Part shown: in pieces, positions 1-10,857 of the stretch
Numbering within the stretch: the first letter of the stretch is position 1
Layout of the letters: the number at the start of each line of letters is the position of its first letter
From: Lobosporangium transversale
Lineage: Eukaryota
NCBI RefSeq assembly: GCF_002105155.1
Contig: NW_019028995.1
Location: 186,001 to 250,000 of the forward strand
DNA length: 64,000 nucleotides
Reading direction: 5' to 3'
Position numbers and translations under genes: made by a program
The notes under the pieces: model-generated
Database searches by the model: none
Seen by the model: only the letters and a program-made list of their open reading frames with translations
Told to the model about the DNA's origin: nothing

Positions 1-1199
1 CAATGATCCATTGAACATTACTAAAAAATTGCTCTCCTCTTTACATTTGCTTCCTACTGCTTCGCGCCCTAACCTGAAGCTACAGCTGGAATTAATTAAG
101 GAAATAATCCTTAGCCTTCCCAACCAAGGATAAACTGACCGTGATGATCTCTCAGTCCCTCCACTATCGGTATAAATGGTATATGATAGCAAGGAGCTTC
201 CCAAAATCATGTTTCCATCAAGAAAAGAGGTGGACCTTCAGAAAATTCTAACGATAAAGACTTTTTTAGCCAGAAAAATGCAAAGTTGAAGATTTTTAAC
301 TCCATAGAAATTTGTCTTTTTGATAGATGTTCACGTTCATCCGGAACTGAATATAACTTTTAGTTTTTTGTTAGTAGCGGAGAACCGCATGAAAATTTGC
401 CCTCGACCTTTTATTTTCATGTCATGTCTTCTTAGCCATTCAACACTATAAAACTGAAAAACAAACTTGCATAGAATGCGTCCCATTCACTGAAATGGGC
501 CGCTTTACAGTGCCCATAGGCCTAGTTATGCCTCATTGGTAGGCCCCTTCCAGGTGTTGCGCGACTATTGCCACAGCCCATCGTTGTGTTGACGCAAAAG
601 CACACAGTGAAAGAAAAGAATCACCTCATCCTTCCTGTGATTGTCAATTACCGCAATTCTAATAAGCTAGACAACAAAACCCTGTCTGTGGCGGGCAGAG
701 CCAAGCGAAGATCCTAGGCGATACCTATCACGGTGCTTTATTGCTCAAGGGTAAAAAACATCAACTATCATAAAGTATATCCATCGCTCCAATTTGTATA
801 TATGGCGCACGTTTGTGGCTCAGTTTCATATCGCTTTTAGATCAACACTGTAACCTGCTGCTCAAAGTAACCAGAGAGTTTGTGGATCATGTGGTAGGCG
901 ATTGAACGTGTTGTGCAGAACAAAGGACCCCATTTGCCGATCAAACTAAGCAGCGCAATGCCTCGGTAACGTTTGCTAAAGGCCTATTCGCGATTAGGAG
1001 CATGAGCAAGCCTGTACGCAAAACTGCGTGTGCTCCAATTGAAGGAGGCAATGGGGTTATATTTTTTCATGGCCAGACTTTTTTTATTTTTTACATCCAG
1101 GCACATACCACCAGACAATTGCTGCGCCATTATTGGTGCTTTCTCTGTTGTAATTCTTTACTCATGAACTTGTCTGCTGCCACTAATAGCTGACATCGT

Positions 1200-1860
1200 A
1201 GTGGGCCCTCTAGTGACGCGTCCTTCAGCATCACTGTCAGCATTGGAGTCGTAAGTGGTAGGTGGCACTTGATGATCATTACCTGATGCAAGCTGTTGAC
1301 AAACTGGTGCGTAAAATCATACTCACACAGGCACTGTTATTGATATATCCGGTGCGGACGTCGTGTACCTCACGTATTGCCTCTGTTAAGTCTCTATACC
1401 AATGCCGAGTTGATTTCTTAATCCCAAGATGCAACCTTAAGATAGACCAAGGTACAAGAACTTTGTCGTTGCCGGTAATGACTCCATTGAGCTGGCACAT
1501 GTCGCCCTTGCATAGCGCTTGTTGTAACCAATTGATAGCCAGTAAATGTCAACACCACGTCCAGTATATGAACTGCATTGCATGTACTGAGCACCTAATG
1601 GAGGTGTATGTCTTGAAGACACAGGAAGACGATGCTCTGCTTCGTCTAACAGTCATGGCATAATCAATTAGGCCCTCATCAAATGGGTCGTAGAAGTGTA
1701 GTCAAAATTTGTTCCTCAGCCTAAGCATCTCCGAAATGATGAAGGCTGTAAAACTGTCAATGATAGAGAAAACTCTGTAGTGTGCCTTTGACAGACCAAA
1801 CTTCTATTTAACCAAGGTAGTATACTGAAAAGTAATTCCAACTACTTTCTTGGGAGACAA
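1200..1860 (-). mobile_element. Degenerate non-LTR retrotransposon ORF2 fragment (post-RT region)
   Basis: Frameshifted, stop-containing minus-strand peptides (KGTLQSFLYH*QFYSLHHFGDA*AEEQILTTLL; LVPWSILRLHLGIKKSTRHWYRDL) resemble the region after RT in LINEs of early-diverging fungi, by recollection. Boundaries are approximate. Confidence 0.4.
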
Positions 1861-1882
1861 TATCGTAGTTATAATATCCATG

Positions 1883-3304
1883 ATTATTATTATTATTTTT
1901 TCTTGATAACAAGGCCCAGGGTCATGGGATTTATTTTTTACACTCTATGAACAAAATGCTCCAGAAACTATAGTCAATAAACAGATATTACTGCGCAAAC
2001 GGCAAGAGCCGCTGCATTCATGATTTCATAAACGCTGACCGCCGTGGTTGGTACTCAAAATCCACCTTACCGATGTGGCCTGTTACGCGCAACGTGACAA
2101 ATTATCCGCTATCCATAGTTATCAAAAACTTCATTCCACCCAGCCGCTCCATCACGTCTAGTTTGGTTTTCCCAAGGTAACTGTCCCGGACTCGGTCATC
2201 CGCGATCTTGTAGATCTCTTTTACATTCAGCTTCTGTCTTTGTCTGAGGGAAGGGACAAGGAAATCATTGCTACTACGTCTGTGCTCCCCAACACAGTTG
2301 CGTCCTCTAGCGCGTTTGCTCATAGCAGTGATTCCGCGAGCCTTTTCCCATTCAACGGTGACTTTACACCGTTTGTTCCAGATTTCTGTACGACCGAATT
2401 CCTCTATGGCCTTGACGAAGCGCCCTGCCATATATGTAGCTATCCTTGTTGTTGTCTTGAAGCCAACTTTCCAACTCTGAGCAATGGACTTGGGCGTAAG
2501 TCCATGGTAAATGTCCTGCACAAACCAATCTGGTGTGTGCTCTCTCTCTTCCTCATCATCGCCGTTCCTATCACCATGGCGTCGTACTTCTCGCACATCA
2601 TCGATATGCATCTCCATTTTTTTTTTTTCCTGTTAACAAGAACCCACAGAGGTGAGGAATTTTATTTCATAATCTCGCTCTAAAGTAATGATATCGCCCT
2701 CAACTATGAAACAAGCGAAACTCTCAAAGTTCGCACGGGATGGCTGTGAAGAGCCAATTCGTATCCATGTTTTTCTCTACCAATGTACACCGTGATCGGT
2801 ACTCGAAGTCCATCCTTCCGATGTGGCCTGTTGCGCCCGTGAAAAGCCGCGGAGGCTGGCGTGCCGACTCTAGCTAAGGACGACTTTTAATTTTTTTCTA
2901 TTCGATCAAATCCACTGGCATGTGGACCCAAATCTTGCGGGATTGGTCTGAAATTTCTACTTTGGACTCCGTCAAACTTTGTGATCATCGCTGTCCTAGT
3001 CAAGTGGGTGGATGGGGGGATGTGCTGCCAGATGTACCGCTGGTTCGGCTGGGGGGTGGAATATATACCTAAGACATGTGGCCAGCCAGGCGACTTAGGG
3101 TAGTGCACCCACGATCTTAGCCTTAGCGGAGAACACTAGGCTGTCTCGGAGAGAAAGTATAAAAACTCAAGCAAATCCCTGACCTGGCACATGTTTGTTT
3201 CACTTTATGTGCCTTAACCAGGACTCGAACCCGGCCCCTGGGCATCGATATGCATCTCCAGAGTTCCCCAAATGTAGTCCTCTTCTGCCGCAGTAAAAGT
3301 TGGC
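1883..3304 (-). mobile_element. 5'-truncated LINE fragment (ORF2 C-terminus, 3' UTR, A-rich tail), interrupted by an insert at 2617-3242
   Basis: ORF 2102-2617 contains EIWNKRCKVTVEWEKARGIT, resembling a LINE ORF2 C-terminal motif. The frame stays open (PTFTAAEEDYIWGTLEMHIDD...) when the insert and one TSD copy are removed. The 3' end reads ...GGGCCTTGTTATCAAGAAAAAATAATAATAAT. Confidence 0.65.
2617..3242 (-). mobile_element. SINE-like non-autonomous retroelement with 18-bp TSD
   Basis: Flanked by the direct repeat CATCGATATGCATCTCCA (2599-2616 and 3243-3260). The 5' end has a tRNA T-arm/B-box (CCGGGTTCGAGTCCTGG). The 3' part resembles the adjacent LINE 3' UTR and ends in A12. Confidence 0.75.
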
Positions 3305-3490
3305 TTTTTTTTTTTTTTTTTTTTTTTTGATAACAAGGACCCTCAGGGTCATCAGCAAACACACTGCCAGTATTGTTACTATGACCACGGATTCACTTTA
3401 CCTCAACTGAACCTGGCCTGTCGTTGACGAGTGGTAAACTACTGCTCAAAGGCGCCTGGGATCCGGGGAAATCCTTTGTTAAACCATATA
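3305..3490 (-). mobile_element. Short 3' end of a related non-LTR element with poly(A) tail
   Basis: Minus strand ends ATGACCCTGAGGGTCCTTGTTATC plus ~24 A, matching the LINE tail at ~1900 (ATGACCCTGGGCCTTGTTATC), and shares ACAGGCCA. The 5' boundary is uncertain. Confidence 0.55.
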
Positions 3491-3549
3491 ATCTCTAGAT
3501 CAATGATCTTCAAAAAAAAATGCCTTTTGAAGGCTTTTGCCGTAGGTTC

Positions 3550-3622
3550 GGGGCTGTAGCTCATTTGGTAGAGCGCTCCCTTCGCATGGGAGAGGCACTG
3601 GTTTCGACTACCAGCTGCTCCA
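3550..3622 (+). tRNA. tRNA-Ala (anticodon CGC)
   Basis: Cloverleaf: acceptor GGGGCTG/CTGCTCC-A with the G3:U70 Ala identity pair, D arm GCTC/GAGC, anticodon stem CTCCC/GGGAG with loop TTCGCAT, T arm CTGGT-TTCGACT-ACCAG; TTTTT terminator follows. Confidence 0.95.
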
Positions 3623-3877
3623 CTCTTTTTATTTAAGATGGCAATAAGCATTTTGGCTATGATGATGCCGATGGAAAGGTGTTTTTTATGCTTTGTCAAA
3701 GTGTTAGACAAACATTTGGTGCAAAAGACATAAAATTCTAGTTTGATGAAAATGGGCTCTTCCAGATGCAGTAATTTGGGCACCTTAAATCAATCTGCTC
3801 CGGCAAACCGCAGTGATATGCAAAATAGAAAAGTCTTTCAGATCATCACCAATTCTTGGGATCGATAAAATATAATA

Positions 3878-5227
3878 TAGCCCGTTTCATTTGGTCACGA
3901 TACCTTATATTTTTTAAATTGATTGAATAGACTCAAGCGAAAATTGAATTGTATTGAATAGCAACTCTAAATCCGATGTCGTTCGCTACTTGCAAGCTTG
4001 GCTCGCTGTCCTCTATTTGCACGCCGAGCGACGGAAGAGGTCAGTGGCTTTGACGTTGAATAACTGTTATGCGTCACTATGTTTTGCTTCCTTACCTTCA
4101 CTCTAGCTCTCACGCAACACAATCAAACATGATGATCGTCAAATTCACAGAGTTCCATCAAGTAAGTAATAGACTATCTTTTTTTTATCATTTACCTGCG
4201 CTTCCTAATTATTTGTGAGTAATCTCTGGTTTCTTACGATGAATAGACGCGGAATCTTTCGATCCAATGAGAACATCGCAGCTTCCTTCTCCCTTTTCTT
4301 TTTTTTGACCTTGGAGGTCGTTACAAGGAGACGCCAGATGTTCTGCTGATTCGAACTGGCCACTACCCATAGTGGGGAAACTTTTTGAGCAGGTCTTTGA
4401 CCTTGTGCAAAAGTTTCAGCCCTCCGGTTTTAAAAAGATTCTGTCAAGCATCTGAGTCTTTTCTTTTTTTTATATTTTCTTTTTCTTTTTCTATGGCTGC
4501 TGAGGGATATACGAAGGGACGCCGGATGCTCTGCTGATTCGAACTGGCCACTACCCATAGTGGGGAAACTTTTTGAGCAGGTCTTTGACCTTGTGCAAAA
4601 GTTTCAGCCCTCCGGTTTTAAAAAGATTCTGTCAAGCATCTGAGTCTTTTCTTTTTTTTATATTTTCTTTTTCTTTTTCTATGGCTGCTGAGGGATATAC
4701 GAAGAGACGCCAGACATCTCACTGATTCGTTAACTGCCCACTATTTATAGTGATGGAAACTCTTGGTCTTTGACCCTGGTTTCAGCAACCCAGTCGTATC
4801 GAATCTCAAGGGTTCTGGCTCTATTTCTTTTTTTTTTCTATTTTTTTTTCCCCCTCCAAGACATGGTTCCGCCTTGGTTCTTGCTATCTCCTGCCAGCTC
4901 GCCAGGTCTGACCACAAGTTGCCGTCTGTTCTCCGTCGCGGAAAATGGATAATATGATTATTTTTTTGCATGGTATTACAAACGCAAGGCCTTTATTCAA
5001 ACCTACAACATGCAACTCGACATCGAGACCAATTTTAACCATCATATATACTCTGAAGTAATATTAGGCCAACCAAGATTTTACCCATTCGCACACTCGG
5101 ATTCTTAGCAGCTGTCGGGCCGCGGTTTTTGTCGAGGCGTGGATGAGGATATCGTGGGCAAGACTCTCAACAATGTTTATATTTCGTTGGAATAACAAAA
5201 AGCATCAAGCATTAAAGTCGAATAACA
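3878..5227 (+). repeat. Left terminal inverted repeat (1,350 bp)
   Basis: Reverse complement of 9508-10857; same length, no mismatch noticed by eye; identical mirrored ORFs in the ORF track. Confidence 0.95.
4330..4810 (+). repeat. 188-bp tandem repeat inside the TIR (2 copies plus a degenerate partial third)
   Basis: Units start with GACGCC at 4330, 4518 and 4706; mirrored at ~9925-10405. Confidence 0.9.
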
Positions 5228-5253
5228 CAATAAACAATCCTAAATGAAGCAAT

Positions 5254-6969
5254 TTATTCTGATCTCTTGCGCTTTCTATTGATCTGGAGGTAAAAAGATG
5301 GCCTCACCCATGTATGTTTCACCTCGTCTGTAACCCTCACGCGCTCCCCGACAGCTTCCTTGGCTTTCAAGTAAGCTGTCTTTGTAGTCTCCAGAATTGG
5401 CACTGCTTCCGCAACCACGCTAAGGCTCTTCCTGCCCTTGGGCACTTTGACCTTGCCCAATAATCTGGGGATATAAACGGCTTCGTAATCTAGGGTCATC
5501 ACGAAGATTTCCATTTGACCATCTAAAGCGTGAATTAGCACCACTGTCTCCGTTTAGGTTTCATGGATCGTAAAAATATACAAGAGTGTAACATACCTTG
5601 GACAAGCAGACCCAGGACCGTTGGGTCTTTTACACCCTTGGCGAACAAGAGATCTAGTGCCAGCTTCATTTCAGAAAGTAACTTCCTGAAATCTCTATCA
5701 AGGAGCTTTTTAGAGGTTCCTGGGGGCTTCACCTCCACTACGAGTAGAGGCAGGCCGTCGACCATAACCAGGTTATCTGGTCTAAAGCGCTCCGTATAGT
5801 ATTTCTCCGTTGGGATTCTGCTATCGCTGAAAGCGGAGACGTGTTATACCAAGAGTGAAGAAATAACATGTGAATATCCTGCAGAAATGAATGAAGAACA
5901 AAGAACTGACAGATCTACTACTCACCAGTATCCCAAAGTCGATGCGATGGCGCAGATGTAGGGCCTGACGTAGAGCGCGCTGTACGTCGCCTCGTTTTTT
6001 TTTATTTTGCCAGGCGACTCCCAAAACATCTCGTCCTCGCCAAGTTTGGTGAAAATGCTCTTGAGCATTTCACTTGCTCCTTCCTGACCCTTTTCAAGAA
6101 AGGCGCGATACTCGGAAGCAGAGTTCGACGCCTTTGCTTTCTCCACGCAGAATTTGGAAAAATCCAAATCCTGCTCACTCAAGGCTACACTGGTCTCTGT
6201 AACCTTGAAAAAGCGCTTGAGTTTACGACGCCCCGCCTTTGAAAAATATTTTTCCATAAACTCTTTTGTGAAAATGAAGTTTATGGAGCTAGAAAACACA
6301 GTAAGAACTGTATCAGCGTCACGGCCTTCGGTGTGTTCTCAAGCAATGAAATAAATGGTAGTAAAAAGCACTCACAGAATATCATGTGGAGAGAGGAGCG
6401 TTCCCTGGCGCTCTTCCTCAAGTTTAATGAGTTCTTCTCGTACCTCCATGAGGGGAGAAGATACATCGAAACCTCCGTTTAAGACCAACCTATCGGTGAC
6501 CTGACTACTCCTCTCGCCTTCCCCAGTGAGGTGGTTGATAGGCTCATCCGCGTCAGACTTGTTAGTCTTGTCAGACTCGTCGGGCTAGTTGTTATTATTT
6601 TTATTAATATTGGATCATAATGGAAGTAAACATTGGTTCAACGTTAAATTATTCGACACATACTTTCAGGTAATTGTTGATGTTTGTTTTTTTTATGCCT
6701 TTTAGTAAGGCACGTAAGTTCTCCTTGTAAATGATGATCAGGACTGAGTCATCTCTTCTTGGTCGCGCCGCCCTCCTGATCTCACTGATAATTTTGCTGA
6801 AACTGCTAGCTTCACGATCCACGCCGTATTCCTTGACGGCCCATTCGACGAAATGGAAAAGGGTAAGATCTTTTGGGCTTGGCCATTTGCCAATTGGAAG
6901 TTGAGATATCATAGTATCCAAGTCAACCTTGACCTTTTGAGGCTTCTGAAAAATTGTGCTGGTGGCCAT
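5254..6969 (-). CDS. Transposon cargo gene: 458-aa PD-(D/E)xK (restriction-endonuclease-fold) nuclease-like protein, 5 exons
   Basis: Exons 6969-6664, 6584-6376, 6288-5926, 5826-5597 and 5522-5254 are joined by GT-AG introns with consistent phases (1,377 nt). Motifs NEATY...RPDNLVMVDGLPLLVVEVKPP...DFRKLLSEMK; C-terminal RKRKR is NLS-like. Confidence 0.75.
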
Positions 6970-7297
6970 TTTTGTTTGGTGAGGTATTTATGAGGTTTGT
7001 GAAGAAGTTTTGTGTGAAGCTTTGTGAAGAGTTTTGTGAAGAGGTTTATTAGTATTGCGAAGAAGTTCAGAGACCTCTTTTTATCTGTGAAAGCGACAAA
7101 AATATAACTCCTAACTCCTTTGTGCAACATGAGACAATGCCCCGCCTCTGGGAATAAGTGGACCAAGCTTACCAGATGAAATCAGGAACATTTGTAACGA
7201 CTGTGCTAAATGAATAAGCAACATGGATGGAATCAACAGAGTAGGAAATCAATGCTTTAAGACTGAGGTGGACCACCAGCACATGCTTTTTATTAAC

Positions 7298-9121
7298 TTA
7301 GTGGCGGTAAAAACGGGCTGAAGGTGAAGCCGGCATTGAATTATCGTCTTCCTCCAATTCATCAGGAGCCAAGGATCGAGATGTCGGGATAAGATCAACG
7401 TCTTCTTCAACTTCATCAACTTCATCACCAATATCACCATCTTCCATGGGCTCAATTAAGACATTGTATCGGCCTCTGGCAGCACCAATCCCAAAAAGCC
7501 TGTTGAATGTGGCCTCGGAAAAATCAATCGAATGAAAAATTTGTTCCAACTCTTCCTGCACCTCGGCCGTCTCGAATGTCTGGCCACGAATTTCCTGCAT
7601 GTATCTGTAGGCAAAACTAAGGGTTTTTTTCCAGGCAGAAACGAAAGTTTTAACTTGAACATTTCGGAAGACTTCCTTCAGCATCTGGATAAGTTGATCG
7701 GCAGCCATCGATCCGGATATCATGTAAGCTACGCTGTTTTTTATAACGCCCCAGATTAATTCAATGGGCTGGGGTTCGCAATGATAAGGAGGTGTCCTAA
7801 TAATCCAGTGGCCCCCATTCTCTAATGCGATGTCCCAGACCGTGTACCGTGGCTGGTAATCAAGGGTCCTTATATAAGCAAGTAGTTCTGACTTGCTTGG
7901 CGTTCGATCACCGTTAGAACCGGGTGGAATTCCAAATTGATGAGATATAAGCCATTCCATTATCTCCGATTTCTTATTGGCGGCCGTTGGCTTCCTATCA
8001 GGGCAATGGAAATGGTACCTGGCACCATCCATGTGTATTTTACAAGGACCGAGATTCATCTTTACCAGACTTTGGCAAACCGTCGTAAACAGCTCTTCGA
8101 ACACCTCGTGGTTAAAATGACCATGATAGTCATGATCATTTGCAAGAATCTGACTATTGGGCTGCATATGATCGGCGTTTCCCTGAAGAGATGCCTTGCT
8201 GTTCGCCGCCCAGATGTGAACACTGTTCTCAACAAACTTCCCCACCACCTTCTGTTCGTCACGGTCGTAATAGATGACAAATGCAGCGAACATGACGAGA
8301 AGTGGTTGCCGAGATGATTCACACACAATGCCTCCGTCCCGTTCTACCCATCGATTTTTTGAGGAATGGTCCAGGTGACAATAGGACTCATCAAGAAATA
8401 CCTCTGGCATCATAGGGATTAAACCATCGTCAAGCTCCACCAGGTTCTTGAAACGCTCTGTGAGGTATTTCAGTCGGTATTGCACAATGTGAGGTGCATC
8501 GTGCATAAAGTTCCTTCGAACCCCCTTTCCCCAGTAAAAGTTACTTGCATGTAGGTATCGATGAACTGTTGACCTTGACGTCCTGATACCATGCTCATTT
8601 CTGAGCTCATTCACCACTCGTCCAAGTGTATTCGGGATACCTCCCAGATTAGTTCTCCTGATGATATCCGTGATATGTCCCTGGAGCACTTTATCTTTTG
8701 CTTGTGCTTTACGGCCACGTCCCACACCCTTGTTGGGCAACTTCAATACCCCTGTCCTTGAGTAGTTGATAGCTGCTAGACAGGAATGTGCATTTACCCC
8801 GGTAAGCTTAGCCATCTGCACACACTCTTTCATGCCAAACGATTGTCTCATCCATTTTTGAAACTCTGGCGGCGCATTGCTGAGCTTTGCGTAGATATGT
8901 GCGATTAGGCGGTATTCCTCCTCCGCTACGGTTGTCTTACTAAGTCGTGGCGGTGCATGAAGACCACCTTCATCCATGCTGATGAGGAAGGGATTATCAT
9001 TCTCATGTTCTTGAGAAAACATGGATTGGTTGGACTCTTCATAAATAAAAGACTCGCTTCTCCGGCTTGCCTGTTCCGCACTAAGTTCTTTGGGGATTAA
9101 AGAAAATTGTGCTGAAGACAT
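7298..9121 (-). CDS. DDE transposase, IS630-Tc1-mariner group, DD88E (Sailor-type)
   Basis: Intronless 607 aa. HTH-like SRSTVHRYL; catalytic VFLDESY, IHMDGARYH and PPYHCEPQPIELIW; 88 residues between the second D and the E. Confidence 0.92.
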   Translation of the reverse strand: MSSAQFSLIPKELSAEQASRRSESFIYEESNQSMFSQEHENDNPFLISMDEGGLHAPPRLSKTTVAEEEYRLIAHIYAKLSNAPPEFQKWMRQSFGMKECVQMAKLTGVNAHSCLAAINYSRTGVLKLPNKGVGRGRKAQAKDKVLQGHITDIIRRTNLGGIPNTLGRVVNELRNEHGIRTSRSTVHRYLHASNFYWGKGVRRNFMHDAPHIVQYRLKYLTERFKNLVELDDGLIPMMPEVFLDESYCHLDHSSKNRWVERDGGIVCESSRQPLLVMFAAFVIYYDRDEQKVVGKFVENSVHIWAANSKASLQGNADHMQPNSQILANDHDYHGHFNHEVFEELFTTVCQSLVKMNLGPCKIHMDGARYHFHCPDRKPTAANKKSEIMEWLISHQFGIPPGSNGDRTPSKSELLAYIRTLDYQPRYTVWDIALENGGHWIIRTPPYHCEPQPIELIWGVIKNSVAYMISGSMAADQLIQMLKEVFRNVQVKTFVSAWKKTLSFAYRYMQEIRGQTFETAEVQEELEQIFHSIDFSEATFNRLFGIGAARGRYNVLIEPMEDGDIGDEVDEVEEDVDLIPTSRSLAPDELEEDDNSMPASPSARFYRH

Positions 9122-9507
9122 TGTAAAAATTTTGCTGGAATGTGAAGGAAGATAAAAAGTTGTTTATTATTTGTTGTCAAGAGGGAGCCCTTTATTGAAC
9201 CCCGCCATAGCCGTCACTAATGTTAGGCCTTCAGTGTATGACCTAGTCTAATGATCGAGATCTACAACAGCAAGAAATTGAATACTTCAGCAGCTTTGTG
9301 AAGAAAACGCTATCGATGGCATACAGAAGATATAGCCTTTCTTACCATGATCACGCAGACATGTGTGCCATTAGCTGGCATAATTGCAGTCAAGTTTTGC
9401 ATAATACATGATATATATAAATAAATATTAAGGGTTTATCGAAAATATGCAGCTTTATTGCCTGATAATTCTTGTTGCGCAATTCGAGTATAATGATTGG
9501 TGCTTTT

Positions 9508-10857
9508 TGTTATTCGACTTTAATGCTTGATGCTTTTTGTTATTCCAACGAAATATAAACATTGTTGAGAGTCTTGCCCACGATATCCTCATCCACGCCT
9601 CGACAAAAACCGCGGCCCGACAGCTGCTAAGAATCCGAGTGTGCGAATGGGTAAAATCTTGGTTGGCCTAATATTACTTCAGAGTATATATGATGGTTAA
9701 AATTGGTCTCGATGTCGAGTTGCATGTTGTAGGTTTGAATAAAGGCCTTGCGTTTGTAATACCATGCAAAAAAATAATCATATTATCCATTTTCCGCGAC
9801 GGAGAACAGACGGCAACTTGTGGTCAGACCTGGCGAGCTGGCAGGAGATAGCAAGAACCAAGGCGGAACCATGTCTTGGAGGGGGAAAAAAAAATAGAAA
9901 AAAAAAAGAAATAGAGCCAGAACCCTTGAGATTCGATACGACTGGGTTGCTGAAACCAGGGTCAAAGACCAAGAGTTTCCATCACTATAAATAGTGGGCA
10001 GTTAACGAATCAGTGAGATGTCTGGCGTCTCTTCGTATATCCCTCAGCAGCCATAGAAAAAGAAAAAGAAAATATAAAAAAAAGAAAAGACTCAGATGCT
10101 TGACAGAATCTTTTTAAAACCGGAGGGCTGAAACTTTTGCACAAGGTCAAAGACCTGCTCAAAAAGTTTCCCCACTATGGGTAGTGGCCAGTTCGAATCA
10201 GCAGAGCATCCGGCGTCCCTTCGTATATCCCTCAGCAGCCATAGAAAAAGAAAAAGAAAATATAAAAAAAAGAAAAGACTCAGATGCTTGACAGAATCTT
10301 TTTAAAACCGGAGGGCTGAAACTTTTGCACAAGGTCAAAGACCTGCTCAAAAAGTTTCCCCACTATGGGTAGTGGCCAGTTCGAATCAGCAGAACATCTG
10401 GCGTCTCCTTGTAACGACCTCCAAGGTCAAAAAAAAGAAAAGGGAGAAGGAAGCTGCGATGTTCTCATTGGATCGAAAGATTCCGCGTCTATTCATCGTA
10501 AGAAACCAGAGATTACTCACAAATAATTAGGAAGCGCAGGTAAATGATAAAAAAAAGATAGTCTATTACTTACTTGATGGAACTCTGTGAATTTGACGAT
10601 CATCATGTTTGATTGTGTTGCGTGAGAGCTAGAGTGAAGGTAAGGAAGCAAAACATAGTGACGCATAACAGTTATTCAACGTCAAAGCCACTGACCTCTT
10701 CCGTCGCTCGGCGTGCAAATAGAGGACAGCGAGCCAAGCTTGCAAGTAGCGAACGACATCGGATTTAGAGTTGCTATTCAATACAATTCAATTTTCGCTT
10801 GAGTCTATTCAATCAATTTAAAAAATATAAGGTATCGTGACCAAATGAAACGGGCTA
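9508..10857 (-). repeat. Right terminal inverted repeat (1,350 bp)
   Basis: Reverse complement of 3878-5227. Confidence 0.95.

Larger units (their letters stand above)
3878..10857 (-). mobile_element. IS630-Tc1-mariner (Sailor-like) DNA transposon, 6,980 bp, two genes, TA TSD
   Basis: Termini TA|TAGCCCGTTTCATTTGG...CCAAATGAAACGGGCTA|TA; 1,350-bp TIRs; intact DDE transposase plus a second spliced gene inside. Confidence 0.92.

Noticed and set aside
3200..3260. Second tRNA gene on the minus strand
   Set aside because: Only a T-arm/B-box is present, with no cloverleaf; better explained as a SINE head.
4340..4425. Hammerhead ribozyme (CTGA...stem...GAAAC...GTT) in the 188-bp repeat
   Set aside because: The core reads CUGAUUCGAACUGG rather than CUGANGA directly abutting stem II, and stem I does not form in the required register.
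5254..6969. Fanzor/TnpB as the transposon cargo
   Set aside because: No RuvC D-E-D motifs or CxxC zinc finger; the motifs fit PD-(D/E)xK instead.
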